A stretch of DNA of 64,000 bases from Sedimenticolaceae bacterium (GTDB lineage: Bacteria; Pseudomonadota; Gammaproteobacteria; Chromatiales; Chromatiaceae): positions 6,233-70,232 of the forward strand of contig JBNKCX010000025.1 of assembly GCA_050287965.1 (NCBI GenBank), written 5' to 3'. Positions 9,841 to 19,339 of this stretch are shown here, piece after piece. The position numbers were made by a program, and so were the translations under genes. The number at the start of each line of letters is the position of its first letter. The stretch's first letter is position 1. The notes below the pieces were generated by a model. It saw nothing but the letters and a program-made list of their open reading frames with translations. It did not search any database and was not told the DNA's origin.

Positions 9841-10992
9841 TCAGCAGTTGCTGCCCTGCCGTCGGTCGGCGATTCTACATATTTCGGGCGATACTTCTGC
9901 AATCATTTCCAGCTTCGCTTCAAGATCCGGAATGCTTACCGGCACGTCAAAATGCTCCCTTACCCATTTCTTGGCCGCTTCCCCCATATTTTTTCTAAGC
10001 TCCGTCTCCTCCAGCAGCGTACAGATCGCGTCCGCCAGCATCCCCGAATCCCCTCGTGGTACCAACAACCCGGTCCTGCCATCGTCTATGATGTCCGAAG
10101 GCCCTGTGGGGCAATCGGTCGATACCACGGGAATACCCAAGGCCTGTGCTTCCAGAAGAACATTGGGCGTACCTTCATAGTCACTCGACATAAGACATAA
10201 ATCCGCCGCAGCCAACGCCGGATATGGATTCGCTGAGAATCCGGGCATATACACCGAGTCTCTCACACCCAACTCCTGAACCCGCTCCTCCAGCAATCGC
10301 CTTAACGGCCCTTCGCCCAATATGAGCAACGATACCCGATGTTTGATTCGCACCTTTGCGAAGGCATCCAATAACACGTCGTATCTCTTCGCATCACAAA
10401 GCCGCCCTATAGCCACCAGCGACGCTCGCATCGCACCCGCATTATCAGTTTCATCAGCCGCCTGACAGGTAACGCGCTCAACGTCGATCGCTTTATACCA
10501 TACGAGCACTCTTTCCGGATCGATAAATGGATAGGTCTCCAGGAAAATCGCACCTAAACGGTCACAGGAGGTCAAAAAATAATCAAATACGCGATAACTC
10601 CTCCTCGCCCAGGGCTGTCTCCAGCCCGGCTCATATGCCGGGTTACTGGCAATCATGGCAATACACTTCGGCCTTCTTTCCATACCACGTATTGCTTCAG
10701 CACTCAGTAGCGCGGGATTAAGGGCGCTAGTCACCAACAAATCCGGCTGAATCTCGTTAATCAGATTACGCAGCGTTCTGATTCCTTTAAATATCTTTAT
10801 CTTTCGGTCTATACCAAGTTCGTATGTTGCAATTTCTTTCGGCAACGCGAAAACTATATCCATCCTATGGAGTACAAGATGCACATCGAATCTGCGTCTA
10901 TCGAGATGCCAGATAATATTATTGATTTTGCGTTCTGCACCACCACTTGACATATCGTGGGTGACAAACATAACGCGGACAGGTGTTTTCAT
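9841..10992 (-). CDS. Glycosyltransferase family 4
   Basis: 383 aa. Signature EGTPNVLLEAQALGIPVVSTDCPTGPSD (E-x7-like motif). Confidence 0.8.
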   Translation of the reverse strand: MKTPVRVMFVTHDMSSGGAERKINNIIWHLDRRRFDVHLVLHRMDIVFALPKEIATYELGIDRKIKIFKGIRTLRNLINEIQPDLLVTSALNPALLSAEAIRGMERRPKCIAMIASNPAYEPGWRQPWARRSYRVFDYFLTSCDRLGAIFLETYPFIDPERVLVWYKAIDVERVTCQAADETDNAGAMRASLVAIGRLCDAKRYDVLLDAFAKVRIKHRVSLLILGEGPLRRLLEERVQELGVRDSVYMPGFSANPYPALAAADLCLMSSDYEGTPNVLLEAQALGIPVVSTDCPTGPSDIIDDGRTGLLVPRGDSGMLADAICTLLEETELRKNMGEAAKKWVREHFDVPVSIPDLEAKLEMIAEVSPEICRIADRRQGSNC

Positions 10993-11058
10993 ATGGACAA
11001 GTATTCTTCCGCCTGGCGGATACCTTTGAGTACATTTTGAACAAGCTGAACTAGCATA

Positions 11059-12186
11059 TCAGTTCAATAAGCAGGAAATAAGAGATTCCCAGGTCATATT
11101 CTTTTTATACTCCTGTATTTCCGCGCTCATACTCTCCGCCCTTGCACGTGTCATCGTATTGATCGCTTCAGCCAGATCATCAGCATCACCCGCGTTCACC
11201 AACAGCCCGGTTCTGCGGTCCTGTACAACATCCGGCAATCCACCGACCCGCGTTGCGATAACGGGCTTATTATAATGATATGCCAAAGACACAACGCCGC
11301 TTCCGGTCGCGTTGAGATACGGCAATATCACTACGTCCGCTCTTGCAAACAGTGCTGCCGCTTCTTCCTCTGAATGATATCCGGGGCGCACCTCAACCTG
11401 ATCCTCTATATCCAGCCGCTCAATATGCTCGCGTACTTCCTCTTCGCCCCCCCAGAACTCCCCGGCGACGGTAAGTTGAACATCGCTCCCTTTCAACTTC
11501 CCCATGGCCTTTATCAATATATCCAGCCCTTTGTACGGTCTTACGAAACCAAAAAAAAGCAGCTCCAGTCCCTTCCTTCTAGGCAATGTATGCTTCGGGG
11601 CCGGAAACTGATCATAGATCGGATGAGGGTGTACCACCACGTCCGCCATCGGCAGGGACTTTTTAAGGTTCTGCTCATCCGCTTTCGTATGCACCAGAAA
11701 GCGTGTGCCAAGCTTCAATACCTTGAAGGTGAGAAAGGACTTCCATCCTGCTGTTTCATGTTCCGTCACATTGTGACACAAAAATACCACCTCTATCTCC
11801 GATCGTCTTAATCGGCGTACCAGATACCCATAGCAAGGGACCCAGAATACCGTCCACCATGGAATCACGACCACGGTTGCTCCGTACTCTGTTATGCGCC
11901 TTGCGGTTTTCCGCCAGGTGAGCGGATTCAAAGAATCGATCAAATACTCCACGCCCGGCTCCCGGTGATGCCTGTACTCAGGATCTACATCGCTTTCTCC
12001 CGGGAATAACCAGATCGGATATTGACGCGTAAATGAGATGGTTAAATGCGCAACAGCTCCGGACATTGCCCGATGCAGCTTGGTGGTATGCTGCGCGATA
12101 CCCCCTCTGAACGGGAGTACCGGCCCGATCAGGACAACACGTTTGTCAGGATTTCCCGACATCTCCGGATTTTTTAGAAGCTTCAC
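11059..12186 (-). CDS. Glycosyltransferase family 4
   Basis: 375 aa. Motif TGSGVVSLAYHYNKPVIATRVGGLPDVV in a GT-B C-terminal domain. The 5' end overlaps the upstream GT2 gene, so the true start may be the internal ATG at 12162. Confidence 0.7.
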   Translation of the reverse strand: MKLLKNPEMSGNPDKRVVLIGPVLPFRGGIAQHTTKLHRAMSGAVAHLTISFTRQYPIWLFPGESDVDPEYRHHREPGVEYLIDSLNPLTWRKTARRITEYGATVVVIPWWTVFWVPCYGYLVRRLRRSEIEVVFLCHNVTEHETAGWKSFLTFKVLKLGTRFLVHTKADEQNLKKSLPMADVVVHPHPIYDQFPAPKHTLPRRKGLELLFFGFVRPYKGLDILIKAMGKLKGSDVQLTVAGEFWGGEEEVREHIERLDIEDQVEVRPGYHSEEEAAALFARADVVILPYLNATGSGVVSLAYHYNKPVIATRVGGLPDVVQDRRTGLLVNAGDADDLAEAINTMTRARAESMSAEIQEYKKNMTWESLISCLLN

Positions 12187-13117
12187 TCATCTCTATTCTT
12201 TTTACCCTTTCCAGAGTCTTTTCCAGAAGTTGTCTATTGAATGATATAAGGTCCGCCACCAGCCCAATCATGAATGTTATAAAACCTATAATTAAAAGAA
12301 CTCCGCCCAACAGCAATGATTGGATATGCCCTCCACCTGAGCCTGATAAGTAAAAATACAGGAATCGCATAATTGGTATGAGTCCCACCAGCGTCAACGC
12401 TGTTCCTGTATAGAAAAATACCTTGAGCGGCTGATACATCGAGTACATGCGAATAATTGTCGTAACCTGCCGCTCGATGAATCTCGGAACATTTCTGTAT
12501 AAGCGGGATTCGCGTGTCTTCGGATTTGTTCTCACGGGGACGGAGGTAACAGCCATATCCCGCTTTCCGGCCTGAATCAGCATCTCAATCGTATAGCTGA
12601 AAGGGGAAACAATATTCAGGCGTATGGCCGCATCTCTCGATATCGCTCGAAATCCGCTTACCGCATCCGGCACCCGGACACCGGAAAGTTTGCGCACAAC
12701 CCCACTCCCGAACCGCTGCATAAATTTTTTCCATTTCGAGAAATGCTCAATCTTGTCCGTTTGCCGATCTCCAACCACAATATCCGCAACTCCGTCCATT
12801 ACCGGCCTGATAAGTTTTGGAATATCCTGACCCGCATACTGATTATCACCATCGGTATTTACAATAATATCCGCTCCCGCCTCCAGACAAGCTTCCAGTC
12901 CTTTTTGGAACGTTCGCGCAAGCCCGTGATTTTCCTTATTCCTAATAATATGCTCGATACCCAATTCCTTCGCTACTTTAACTGTATTGTCGGTACTCCC
13001 ATCGTCAATAATAAGGATCTCAACATCGACTCCGGGAATATCACGTGGGATATCCGCAACCGTTGCCGGAAGAGTAAGTTCTTCGTTTAAGCAGGGAATT
13101 TGTACGATAAGTTTCAT
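12146..13117 (-). CDS. Glycosyltransferase family 2 with C-terminal TM helices
   Basis: 323 aa. N-terminal IPCLNEE...LIIDDGSTDNT...NTDGDNQY (DxD) GT-A signature, plus two C-terminal hydrophobic helices. Confidence 0.8.
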   Translation of the reverse strand: MKLIVQIPCLNEELTLPATVADIPRDIPGVDVEILIIDDGSTDNTVKVAKELGIEHIIRNKENHGLARTFQKGLEACLEAGADIIVNTDGDNQYAGQDIPKLIRPVMDGVADIVVGDRQTDKIEHFSKWKKFMQRFGSGVVRKLSGVRVPDAVSGFRAISRDAAIRLNIVSPFSYTIEMLIQAGKRDMAVTSVPVRTNPKTRESRLYRNVPRFIERQVTTIIRMYSMYQPLKVFFYTGTALTLVGLIPIMRFLYFYLSGSGGGHIQSLLLGGVLLIIGFITFMIGLVADLISFNRQLLEKTLERVKRIEMSEASKKSGDVGKS

Positions 13118-13163
13118 TTTCTATTCTTCTTATCTTCTCATGAGGCAGGATCGTTGGAGACAA

Positions 13164-14375
13164 CTATTCAACACTGCCGGTCAGCCTTCCATATACTTCT
13201 TGGTATTTTGATACGCTTGTCCGCCAGTTGCGTTCCTCCTCCACATATTTCCTTCCGTTCGCTTTCAACGCTTGCCAGCGACTCCTGTCATTGATCATTT
13301 CCACCGCCTTATTTGCAAGGGACTCCCGCGATCCCGCGGTAAACAGACATCCATTCTCACCGTCTCTTATCAATTCCTTGTGACCACCCACATCTGATGC
13401 AAGCACAAGTTTACCCTGGGCCATCGCCTCCAGGGGCTTTAACGGGGTTACCAGATCAGTCAGTCGCATATTCAGACGCGGATAAACAAAAATATCCACC
13501 AGACTATAATAGCGGCCAACCTCGCTGTGCGGCACTCTTCCCGTGAACAATACCTTATCCTGCAGATTCAACTGTCCAACCAACTCTTTTAGCAAGCTCT
13601 CCTGGGGGCCGCCGCCTACAAGCAGCAACCGGGTTTCCGGTAGCTGCTCCAAAATCTCCGGCAGGGCCTGCACCATTAGCGCGAGCCCCTCATAGGCATA
13701 AAATGATCCGATAAACCCCAGTACTGATTTGCCATCCAGACCCAGCCTCGCTTCCAGTTCCGAATACCTGGCCGGATCAAACTGGAAATTATCGATATCC
13801 ACCGCATTCGGAATAATGGTCACTTTATCGGCAGAGATACCACGGCCTATAATCTCCTGCCGTAAACCCTCGCAGATAGTCGTAACCGCATCCGCTTTTC
13901 GAAAGACATGAGTTTCCAGTGCACGCGTAATGCGATAACGTATTCCCCACTCCCTGCTTGTTCCGTGATCCACGGCGGCATCCTCCCAGAACGCCCTGCA
14001 CTCGTAAACTACTGGAATATGGTGCATTTTTCCCGCTTTCAGTGCAGCCAGCCCGTTCAGGCTCGGGGAGTGCGCGTGCAGGATATCCGGCCGTTCCTGA
14101 TTAATGATCTTATCCAGGCGCCGGGCCAGTGAGGTCACCACACCGAACTGATTCAGAACCGGAATCCTCTCGATAATCCCGCCGGAGGAATGTGTCCTGT
14201 AAAAATGCAGCCCATCCACGGTCTCCTCCTCAGGAGATTCAGCCACGTGTTTGGTGCTGGTCACATGGGTCGTTTCCCAGCCCAATTTGCGCTGCTGTTC
14301 GAGGATGGCGCGGGTTCGAAAGGTATAACCACTATGGAGAGGAATGGAGTGGTCGAGAATGTGGAGGATTTTCAC
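13164..14375 (-). CDS. Glycosyltransferase family 4 (exosortase-locus associated type)
   Basis: 403 aa with a GTG start. N-terminal MKILHILDHSIPLHSGYTFR and motif TPLKPLEAMAQGKLVLASDVGGHKE. Confidence 0.8.
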   Translation of the reverse strand: MKILHILDHSIPLHSGYTFRTRAILEQQRKLGWETTHVTSTKHVAESPEEETVDGLHFYRTHSSGGIIERIPVLNQFGVVTSLARRLDKIINQERPDILHAHSPSLNGLAALKAGKMHHIPVVYECRAFWEDAAVDHGTSREWGIRYRITRALETHVFRKADAVTTICEGLRQEIIGRGISADKVTIIPNAVDIDNFQFDPARYSELEARLGLDGKSVLGFIGSFYAYEGLALMVQALPEILEQLPETRLLLVGGGPQESLLKELVGQLNLQDKVLFTGRVPHSEVGRYYSLVDIFVYPRLNMRLTDLVTPLKPLEAMAQGKLVLASDVGGHKELIRDGENGCLFTAGSRESLANKAVEMINDRSRWQALKANGRKYVEEERNWRTSVSKYQEVYGRLTGSVE

Positions 14376-14380
14376 GGGTA

Positions 14381-14429
14381 GTTGTCAGTTGTCAGTTGTC
14401 AGTTGTCAGTTGTCAGTTGTCAGTTGATA
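14381..14429. repeat. Tandem heptamer array (GTTGTCA) x6 plus one degenerate unit
   Basis: Counted directly from the sequence. The complement is (TGACAAC)n, a rotation of ACTGACA. It supplies the last codons and the TGA of the four-helix-bundle ORF. Confidence 0.95.
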
Positions 14430-14778
14430 GTTTTATCGATTTAATTAGGCCTGACAGCATCCGTTTTAATTCTTCTAGCTTTCTATTCAACTCATCGAAT
14501 TTTGACGAGGGTATCCACCCGAGGTCTCTTGCAAGAAGCAGATGATATTCGGTTTCGCTAGCTGATCCGAATGAAATCCGGAGAAAACGAATCATTTCCT
14601 TCTCCCCACCACGCCCGCATCCCTCTGCAATATTTGTCGGTATTGACGCACATGATCGACGTAACTGACTAATTAATCCATATCTCTCTTCATCTGGAAA
14701 TACGTTCGTCAATTTATATACATCAAGTGTAAGATTATGCCCTTTGTTCCACACTGATAGTTTTTTGAAGTCTTGCAT
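14413..14778 (-). CDS. Four-helix-bundle protein (23S rRNA intervening-sequence protein / Avd family)
   Basis: 121 aa. FKKLSVWNKGHNLTLDVYKLT...FPDEERYGLISQLRRSCASIPTNIAEG...YHLLLARDLG matches the family pattern from memory. AAGGA lies 11 nt upstream of the ATG. Confidence 0.75.
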   Translation of the reverse strand: MQDFKKLSVWNKGHNLTLDVYKLTNVFPDEERYGLISQLRRSCASIPTNIAEGCGRGGEKEMIRFLRISFGSASETEYHLLLARDLGWIPSSKFDELNRKLEELKRMLSGLIKSIKLSTDN

Positions 14779-14864
14779 CCTTGCATAGTCCTTTTCGGTT
14801 GTTCGCTTACAGAAGCCCGCCTATATATTTCAGATTATAAGTAATCGCTCTTAGTGACTAATTC

Positions 14865-14962
14865 ACTGATAACTGATAACTGATAACTGATGACTGATAA
14901 CTGATAACTGATAACTGATAACTGATAACTGATAACTGATGACTGATGACTGATGACTGATG
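14865..14962. repeat. Tandem heptamer array (ACTGATA/ACTGATG) x14
   Basis: Counted directly: 9 ACTGATA and 5 ACTGATG units. It ends 5 nt before the TAA of the asnB-like gene. The unit is a rotation of TAACTGA. Confidence 0.95.
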
Positions 14963-14966
14963 ACTA

Positions 14967-16850
14967 TTAACCCTTAATAAACTCCCCAAACATCAATAAC
15001 GTCCACATGGCCGCACTATGGTCCCACCTTCCGGACTGATGCTGGTTGACCAGAGTCTCCAGATATGCCGGTTTGAAAAGACCTGTATCCATCATTGCAC
15101 TACCAAGGATATTGTCCCTAACCTTCTCCCGCAGGGGACCACGGAACCAGGTGGCCAGGGGGACCGAGAACCCCATTTTTGGGCGGTAGAGAATCTCTTT
15201 CGGCAGCTTCTGTTCCAGCGCCTTCTTGAAGATATATTTTCCCTCCCGCCCCTTCAGTTTCAGCTCCGGCGGTAAACCTGAGATCCAGTCAACCACCTCA
15301 TGATCGAGGATAGGGACCCGGACCTCCAGAGCGTGCGCCATACTGGCCCGATCAACCTTGGTAAGAATATCACCCGCAAGATATGTCTTGAAATCCAGAT
15401 ACTGAACCAGCGATTGAGGATGATTTGTCGGAGCCTGCCGCGCATAGTGCCGGAACACCTCTATGGCCCGGTATCCCTGAAGATCCCGCTTCAATCCGGT
15501 GCTGAACAGGGAGTCACGCATTTCGTTGGAAAGAACGGAAACGCTGTGCAGATAACCCTCCAAAGAGTCTCGGGCCATGGACTGCAGAGTGCTTTTGGCG
15601 CGGAACACCTTGGGCGCCCAATCGGCCTTTGGGTATACGCTGCCCAGAAATCCGAACAGGGGGCGCCTGATAACGGCCGGCACCAGAGAACGCATCTTTT
15701 CCTCATAGGTATGCCAGCGATAACGGCGGTAGCCCGCCAGGTTCTCGTCCCCTCCGTCTCCCGACAGCACCACCGTAACCTGTTTCTTCGCCAATTCGCA
15801 TACCCGATAGGTCGGGAGAGCCGAGCTGTCGGCGTAGGGCTCGTCATACAAACCGGCGAGACGATCGATCAGCGCGAAATCATCCGGGTCAACCTGCTCC
15901 ACCCGATGTGCGGTCCGATATCTATCGGCCACCATGGCGGCATATGCGGACTCGTTGAATTTAGGATCGCCGAACGAAATGGAACAGGTATTAACCGGGT
16001 CATCCGAAATACCAGCCATCAGGGCCACCACGGCGCTTGAATCCACCCCTCCGGAGAGGAACGCCCCCAAAGGCACCTCCGCGATCATACGGATCTTTAC
16101 CGCCTCTCGCAGCCTGGATATGAGCTCTTCCCCGGCTTCTGTCTCGCTCATGGGCGCATGCGGCCGAAAAGCGACATCCCAGTACTGCTCAGGTCTCAGC
16201 TCCCGTTGACCGCGCTTAACGGCCAACCGGAAACCCGGCGGCAATTTATATACTCCTTTGTAGATAGTTTTTGGATCGGGGACATAGCCGAATGCAAAAT
16301 AGTCCTCCACCGCGGTAGAATCTATCTCCCGCGGCAGCCTGTCATGAACCTTCAGGGACTTCAACTCCGAACCAAACAGCAGGGTACCATCCGGAAGCAT
16401 GGCGTAATAAAGCGGCTTGATCCCCAGCCTGTCGCGAGCCAGAAACAGGGTATCCCTGTTGCGGTCCCAGATACCAAAGGCAAACATGCCACGGAACCTC
16501 TCCACACAGGCCTCTCCCCACTCTTCCCAGGCGTGGACTATCACCTCCGTATCGCAATGGGTGCGAAACTGATGGCCATGCGCCTTTAGCTCCTCGGAAA
16601 GTTCAGGAAAGTTATAAATCTCACCGTTATAGGTTACTACCACGGACCCGTCTTCATTGAACAGCGGCTGTTGCCCGCTGGAGATATCGATTATGGAGAG
16701 ACGGCGATGACCGAACCCTAAACCCGGCTCCGTATGCAAACCGCCCTCATCCGGTCCGCGATGGAACTGGGTTTCATTCATCCGCGACAGGAGATCACGG
16801 GAGATTTCCCGTTTACCTGTTGTATCAAAGATTCCGACTATGCCGCACAT
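14967..16850 (-). CDS. Asparagine synthase (glutamine-hydrolysing)-like amidotransferase, exosortase-locus type
   Basis: 627 aa. N-terminal MCGIVG (Ntn Cys2) and PP-loop SGGVDSS. Confidence 0.85.
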   Translation of the reverse strand: MCGIVGIFDTTGKREISRDLLSRMNETQFHRGPDEGGLHTEPGLGFGHRRLSIIDISSGQQPLFNEDGSVVVTYNGEIYNFPELSEELKAHGHQFRTHCDTEVIVHAWEEWGEACVERFRGMFAFGIWDRNRDTLFLARDRLGIKPLYYAMLPDGTLLFGSELKSLKVHDRLPREIDSTAVEDYFAFGYVPDPKTIYKGVYKLPPGFRLAVKRGQRELRPEQYWDVAFRPHAPMSETEAGEELISRLREAVKIRMIAEVPLGAFLSGGVDSSAVVALMAGISDDPVNTCSISFGDPKFNESAYAAMVADRYRTAHRVEQVDPDDFALIDRLAGLYDEPYADSSALPTYRVCELAKKQVTVVLSGDGGDENLAGYRRYRWHTYEEKMRSLVPAVIRRPLFGFLGSVYPKADWAPKVFRAKSTLQSMARDSLEGYLHSVSVLSNEMRDSLFSTGLKRDLQGYRAIEVFRHYARQAPTNHPQSLVQYLDFKTYLAGDILTKVDRASMAHALEVRVPILDHEVVDWISGLPPELKLKGREGKYIFKKALEQKLPKEILYRPKMGFSVPLATWFRGPLREKVRDNILGSAMMDTGLFKPAYLETLVNQHQSGRWDHSAAMWTLLMFGEFIKG

Positions 16851-16860
16851 TGTTAGTTCG

Positions 16861-16957
16861 AAGTTATAAGTTTGAAGTTATAAGTTTGAAGTTTGAAGTT
16901 TGAAGTTTGGGGAGAAGCATAAATTCCGAATAGCCATTATCTACAAACTTCATACTT
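16861..16957. repeat. Heptamer hairpin element: (AAGTTTG/AAGTTAT) x7, 34-nt centre, inverted (CAAACTT CATACTT)
   Basis: Counted directly. It fills the gap between the asnB-like start (16850) and the stop of the upstream GT (16958). Confidence 0.9.
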
Positions 16958-18124
16958 CTAACCTCCAACCAGCCCATCATACACCGATATATACTGCTCC
17001 ACTGTTCTGTCCCAATTGAACTGCGATCTTACTTTTCCCAATCCGGCCTCACCCATGGTCTTTACCAATTCCCGATCGCTGACAAACTCCTGTAGACAGG
17101 CGGTTATTGAGGCCGGGTTTTCTTTCGGAACCAGCCGGCCGTTTACACCGTCTTCCACCAATTCCGGGTTTCCGCCGACATCGGTGGCGATAACGGGGAG
17201 CCCCGTCGCCATCGCCTCCAGCAGGGTATTGGATATACCCTCCCCGAGAGACGGCAAGACAAAAACATCAAAAAGCCTTAACAACTCGGAGATATCGTTC
17301 CTTTCACCCGCCATCCAGACATACTCCGCCAAACCCCATCGCAAAATCAGCTCCTCCAGCTGCCTGCGCATGGGACCCTCTCCTGCAATAATCAGTCTGA
17401 AATCCCGCCTGTTCCCCGGATTTTGATCCAACAGTCCCTTAAAAGCACTGATGAGGGTCGCTTGGTCCTTAACCGCCGCCAACCTACCTACGGTACCGAT
17501 CACAAACGGCTTTTCCGACAGAAACCCGGCAGGAGCGATATCCGGTGTCACGCCGTCCTTCGGCCTGAACAGATCCTGATCAACCCCGTTATAGATCTGG
17601 ATCACCTTATCTTGAGCCACACCTACCGTCTTTAACAACCAGTACTGCAGATCCCTGCTGACCGCAACATATCGATCGACAAAAAGACTCACAGCCTTCC
17701 TGAGCAGGTTATATTTCCTGTTTTTACCTTCAATATCAAAGACATCCCTACCATGCTCGCCATGCACCGTGCTCGCACCCGACAAAAACCAGGCCGGAAT
17801 CTGGGCCTCCAGGGCGGCCAGATTTCTGGTATGTACGATTGTCGGATTCAGGGTTTTTAGGACCTTCCACAGCTTCCAATACAACCTGAAGCTATGTCCT
17901 GCTTCGCTATGCAATGAAATTAGTGGTACGCCGGGCCTTGCGATACGTTTTGCAAACTCACCCGCCTCCGTCAGGCAGATGATGGCATGCCGGTACCGCT
18001 CGTCCGGCATGTGGTTAATGATATTAACCAACCCGTTCTCCAGCCCTCCGGTTCCCAGACTGTATATAACATGCACCACCAACGGTATTTCGGTATCCGG
18101 CTTCATGGCTCTACCGGCAACCAT
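16958..18124 (-). CDS. Glycosyltransferase family 4 (PEP-CTERM/exosortase-associated sugar transferase type)
   Basis: 388 aa. Motif EGISNTLLEAMATGLPVIATDVGGNPELV. Confidence 0.8.
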   Translation of the reverse strand: MVAGRAMKPDTEIPLVVHVIYSLGTGGLENGLVNIINHMPDERYRHAIICLTEAGEFAKRIARPGVPLISLHSEAGHSFRLYWKLWKVLKTLNPTIVHTRNLAALEAQIPAWFLSGASTVHGEHGRDVFDIEGKNRKYNLLRKAVSLFVDRYVAVSRDLQYWLLKTVGVAQDKVIQIYNGVDQDLFRPKDGVTPDIAPAGFLSEKPFVIGTVGRLAAVKDQATLISAFKGLLDQNPGNRRDFRLIIAGEGPMRRQLEELILRWGLAEYVWMAGERNDISELLRLFDVFVLPSLGEGISNTLLEAMATGLPVIATDVGGNPELVEDGVNGRLVPKENPASITACLQEFVSDRELVKTMGEAGLGKVRSQFNWDRTVEQYISVYDGLVGG

Positions 18125-19308
18125 TGATCGAGTTTCGGTAACGTGTTGTCCCAGGTATATGACCCGCAGATCAGGTTCCTCGCTTCGGAACCCAATTCCT
18201 CCCAGTCGCCTGCAAATATGGACATTGTCTTCTCTACAAAACTGGATATATCGGATGCCACCAGGACTTCCTTTCCGTCTTCCGCGTCGATACCTTCCAG
18301 ACCCTGCGGTGTCACCACGGTCGGCCTGCCCATGGCCATACCTTCCAGCACCTTGTTCTGTATCCCACGTGCGATACGCATCGGCGCCACTACCACTTCT
18401 GCGTGTCGTATGTAGGGCCGCACATCGTCAACCCGGCCGGTAACCACTATCCCCGGTTGCTGCTGCAACTTACATACACTCTCCGCGGGATTGCCGCCCA
18501 CAATATAAAACCGCGCCTCCGGCTCATCTTTCAGGATCTCCGGAAAGATCTCCTGTCCGAACCATCTTACCGCGTCCACATTCGGCCAGTAATCCATAGC
18601 CCCGGTAAACACCAACGCCCTTTCACCCATAACATACGGATATTTATGGTTTTTACCTGGATCAAAGTAATCTACATCAACGCCGTTGCTATAGTAGTCG
18701 ATCTTTTCTCCGGGATTCCCGGAAATCCGTTGGAACAGCTCCGCCTCCGCTGACGAAACAAACAGGCTGGCGTCAAAGCTCGACGCCACCTTCTTTTCAA
18801 ACTCGAACAGATGGTCCGCTTCACGCCGGTAAATCCGGCTCATAGGCCAGCCTTTCTTTTCCGCATACTGACGCCACTTATCCGAGTCGATATCTACGAA
18901 ATCTATTACCCTATTCCTGAACCCGAGGTCTGACCCCAGAACATACTGAGCCATTGCGGAGGAATAGACCATACACAGCTTGATGTCTTTATCCCTGACC
19001 CGGCTTCTTATCCACCGGTCCAGATCACCGTTGTAATAATAAGGTATGGACAAGGGCTTTCCGGATAGCAGGCCGGAGACACTCTTGATTCGCGCCAGTT
19101 GCGGATTTAGGTCTACAAAACAACACTCCTGGCACAATTCTTCAACCTTGGATGTATATCTCCAATCAGATGGTTCATCTATGAACGTCCCAAGAAAAAC
19201 ACTGTATCTTTCTGCAAGATAGCGCAGTAGATTGTACGATCTTATCTTGTCACCCTTGTTCGGTGGATAGGGTATACGGTGACAAAGGAAAAGCAGCGCG
19301 GGTTTCAT
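18103..19308 (-). CDS. Glycosyltransferase, GT-B (PEP-CTERM/exosortase-associated sugar transferase type)
   Basis: 401 aa. Motif ARGIQNKVLEGMAMGRPTVVTPQGLEG. Overlaps the downstream GT by 22 nt. Confidence 0.7.
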   Translation of the reverse strand: MKPALLFLCHRIPYPPNKGDKIRSYNLLRYLAERYSVFLGTFIDEPSDWRYTSKVEELCQECCFVDLNPQLARIKSVSGLLSGKPLSIPYYYNGDLDRWIRSRVRDKDIKLCMVYSSAMAQYVLGSDLGFRNRVIDFVDIDSDKWRQYAEKKGWPMSRIYRREADHLFEFEKKVASSFDASLFVSSAEAELFQRISGNPGEKIDYYSNGVDVDYFDPGKNHKYPYVMGERALVFTGAMDYWPNVDAVRWFGQEIFPEILKDEPEARFYIVGGNPAESVCKLQQQPGIVVTGRVDDVRPYIRHAEVVVAPMRIARGIQNKVLEGMAMGRPTVVTPQGLEGIDAEDGKEVLVASDISSFVEKTMSIFAGDWEELGSEARNLICGSYTWDNTLPKLDQWLPVEP

Positions 19309-19339
19309 TTTCGGGCGTCAGCGATCCGGATGGCTCTTC

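Noticed and set aside
14381-14962. Whether the repeat arrays could be a CRISPR array.
   Set aside because: The units are 7 nt and strictly tandem with no spacers. CRISPR repeats are 23-50 nt and separated by unique spacers. No cas genes are in the window.
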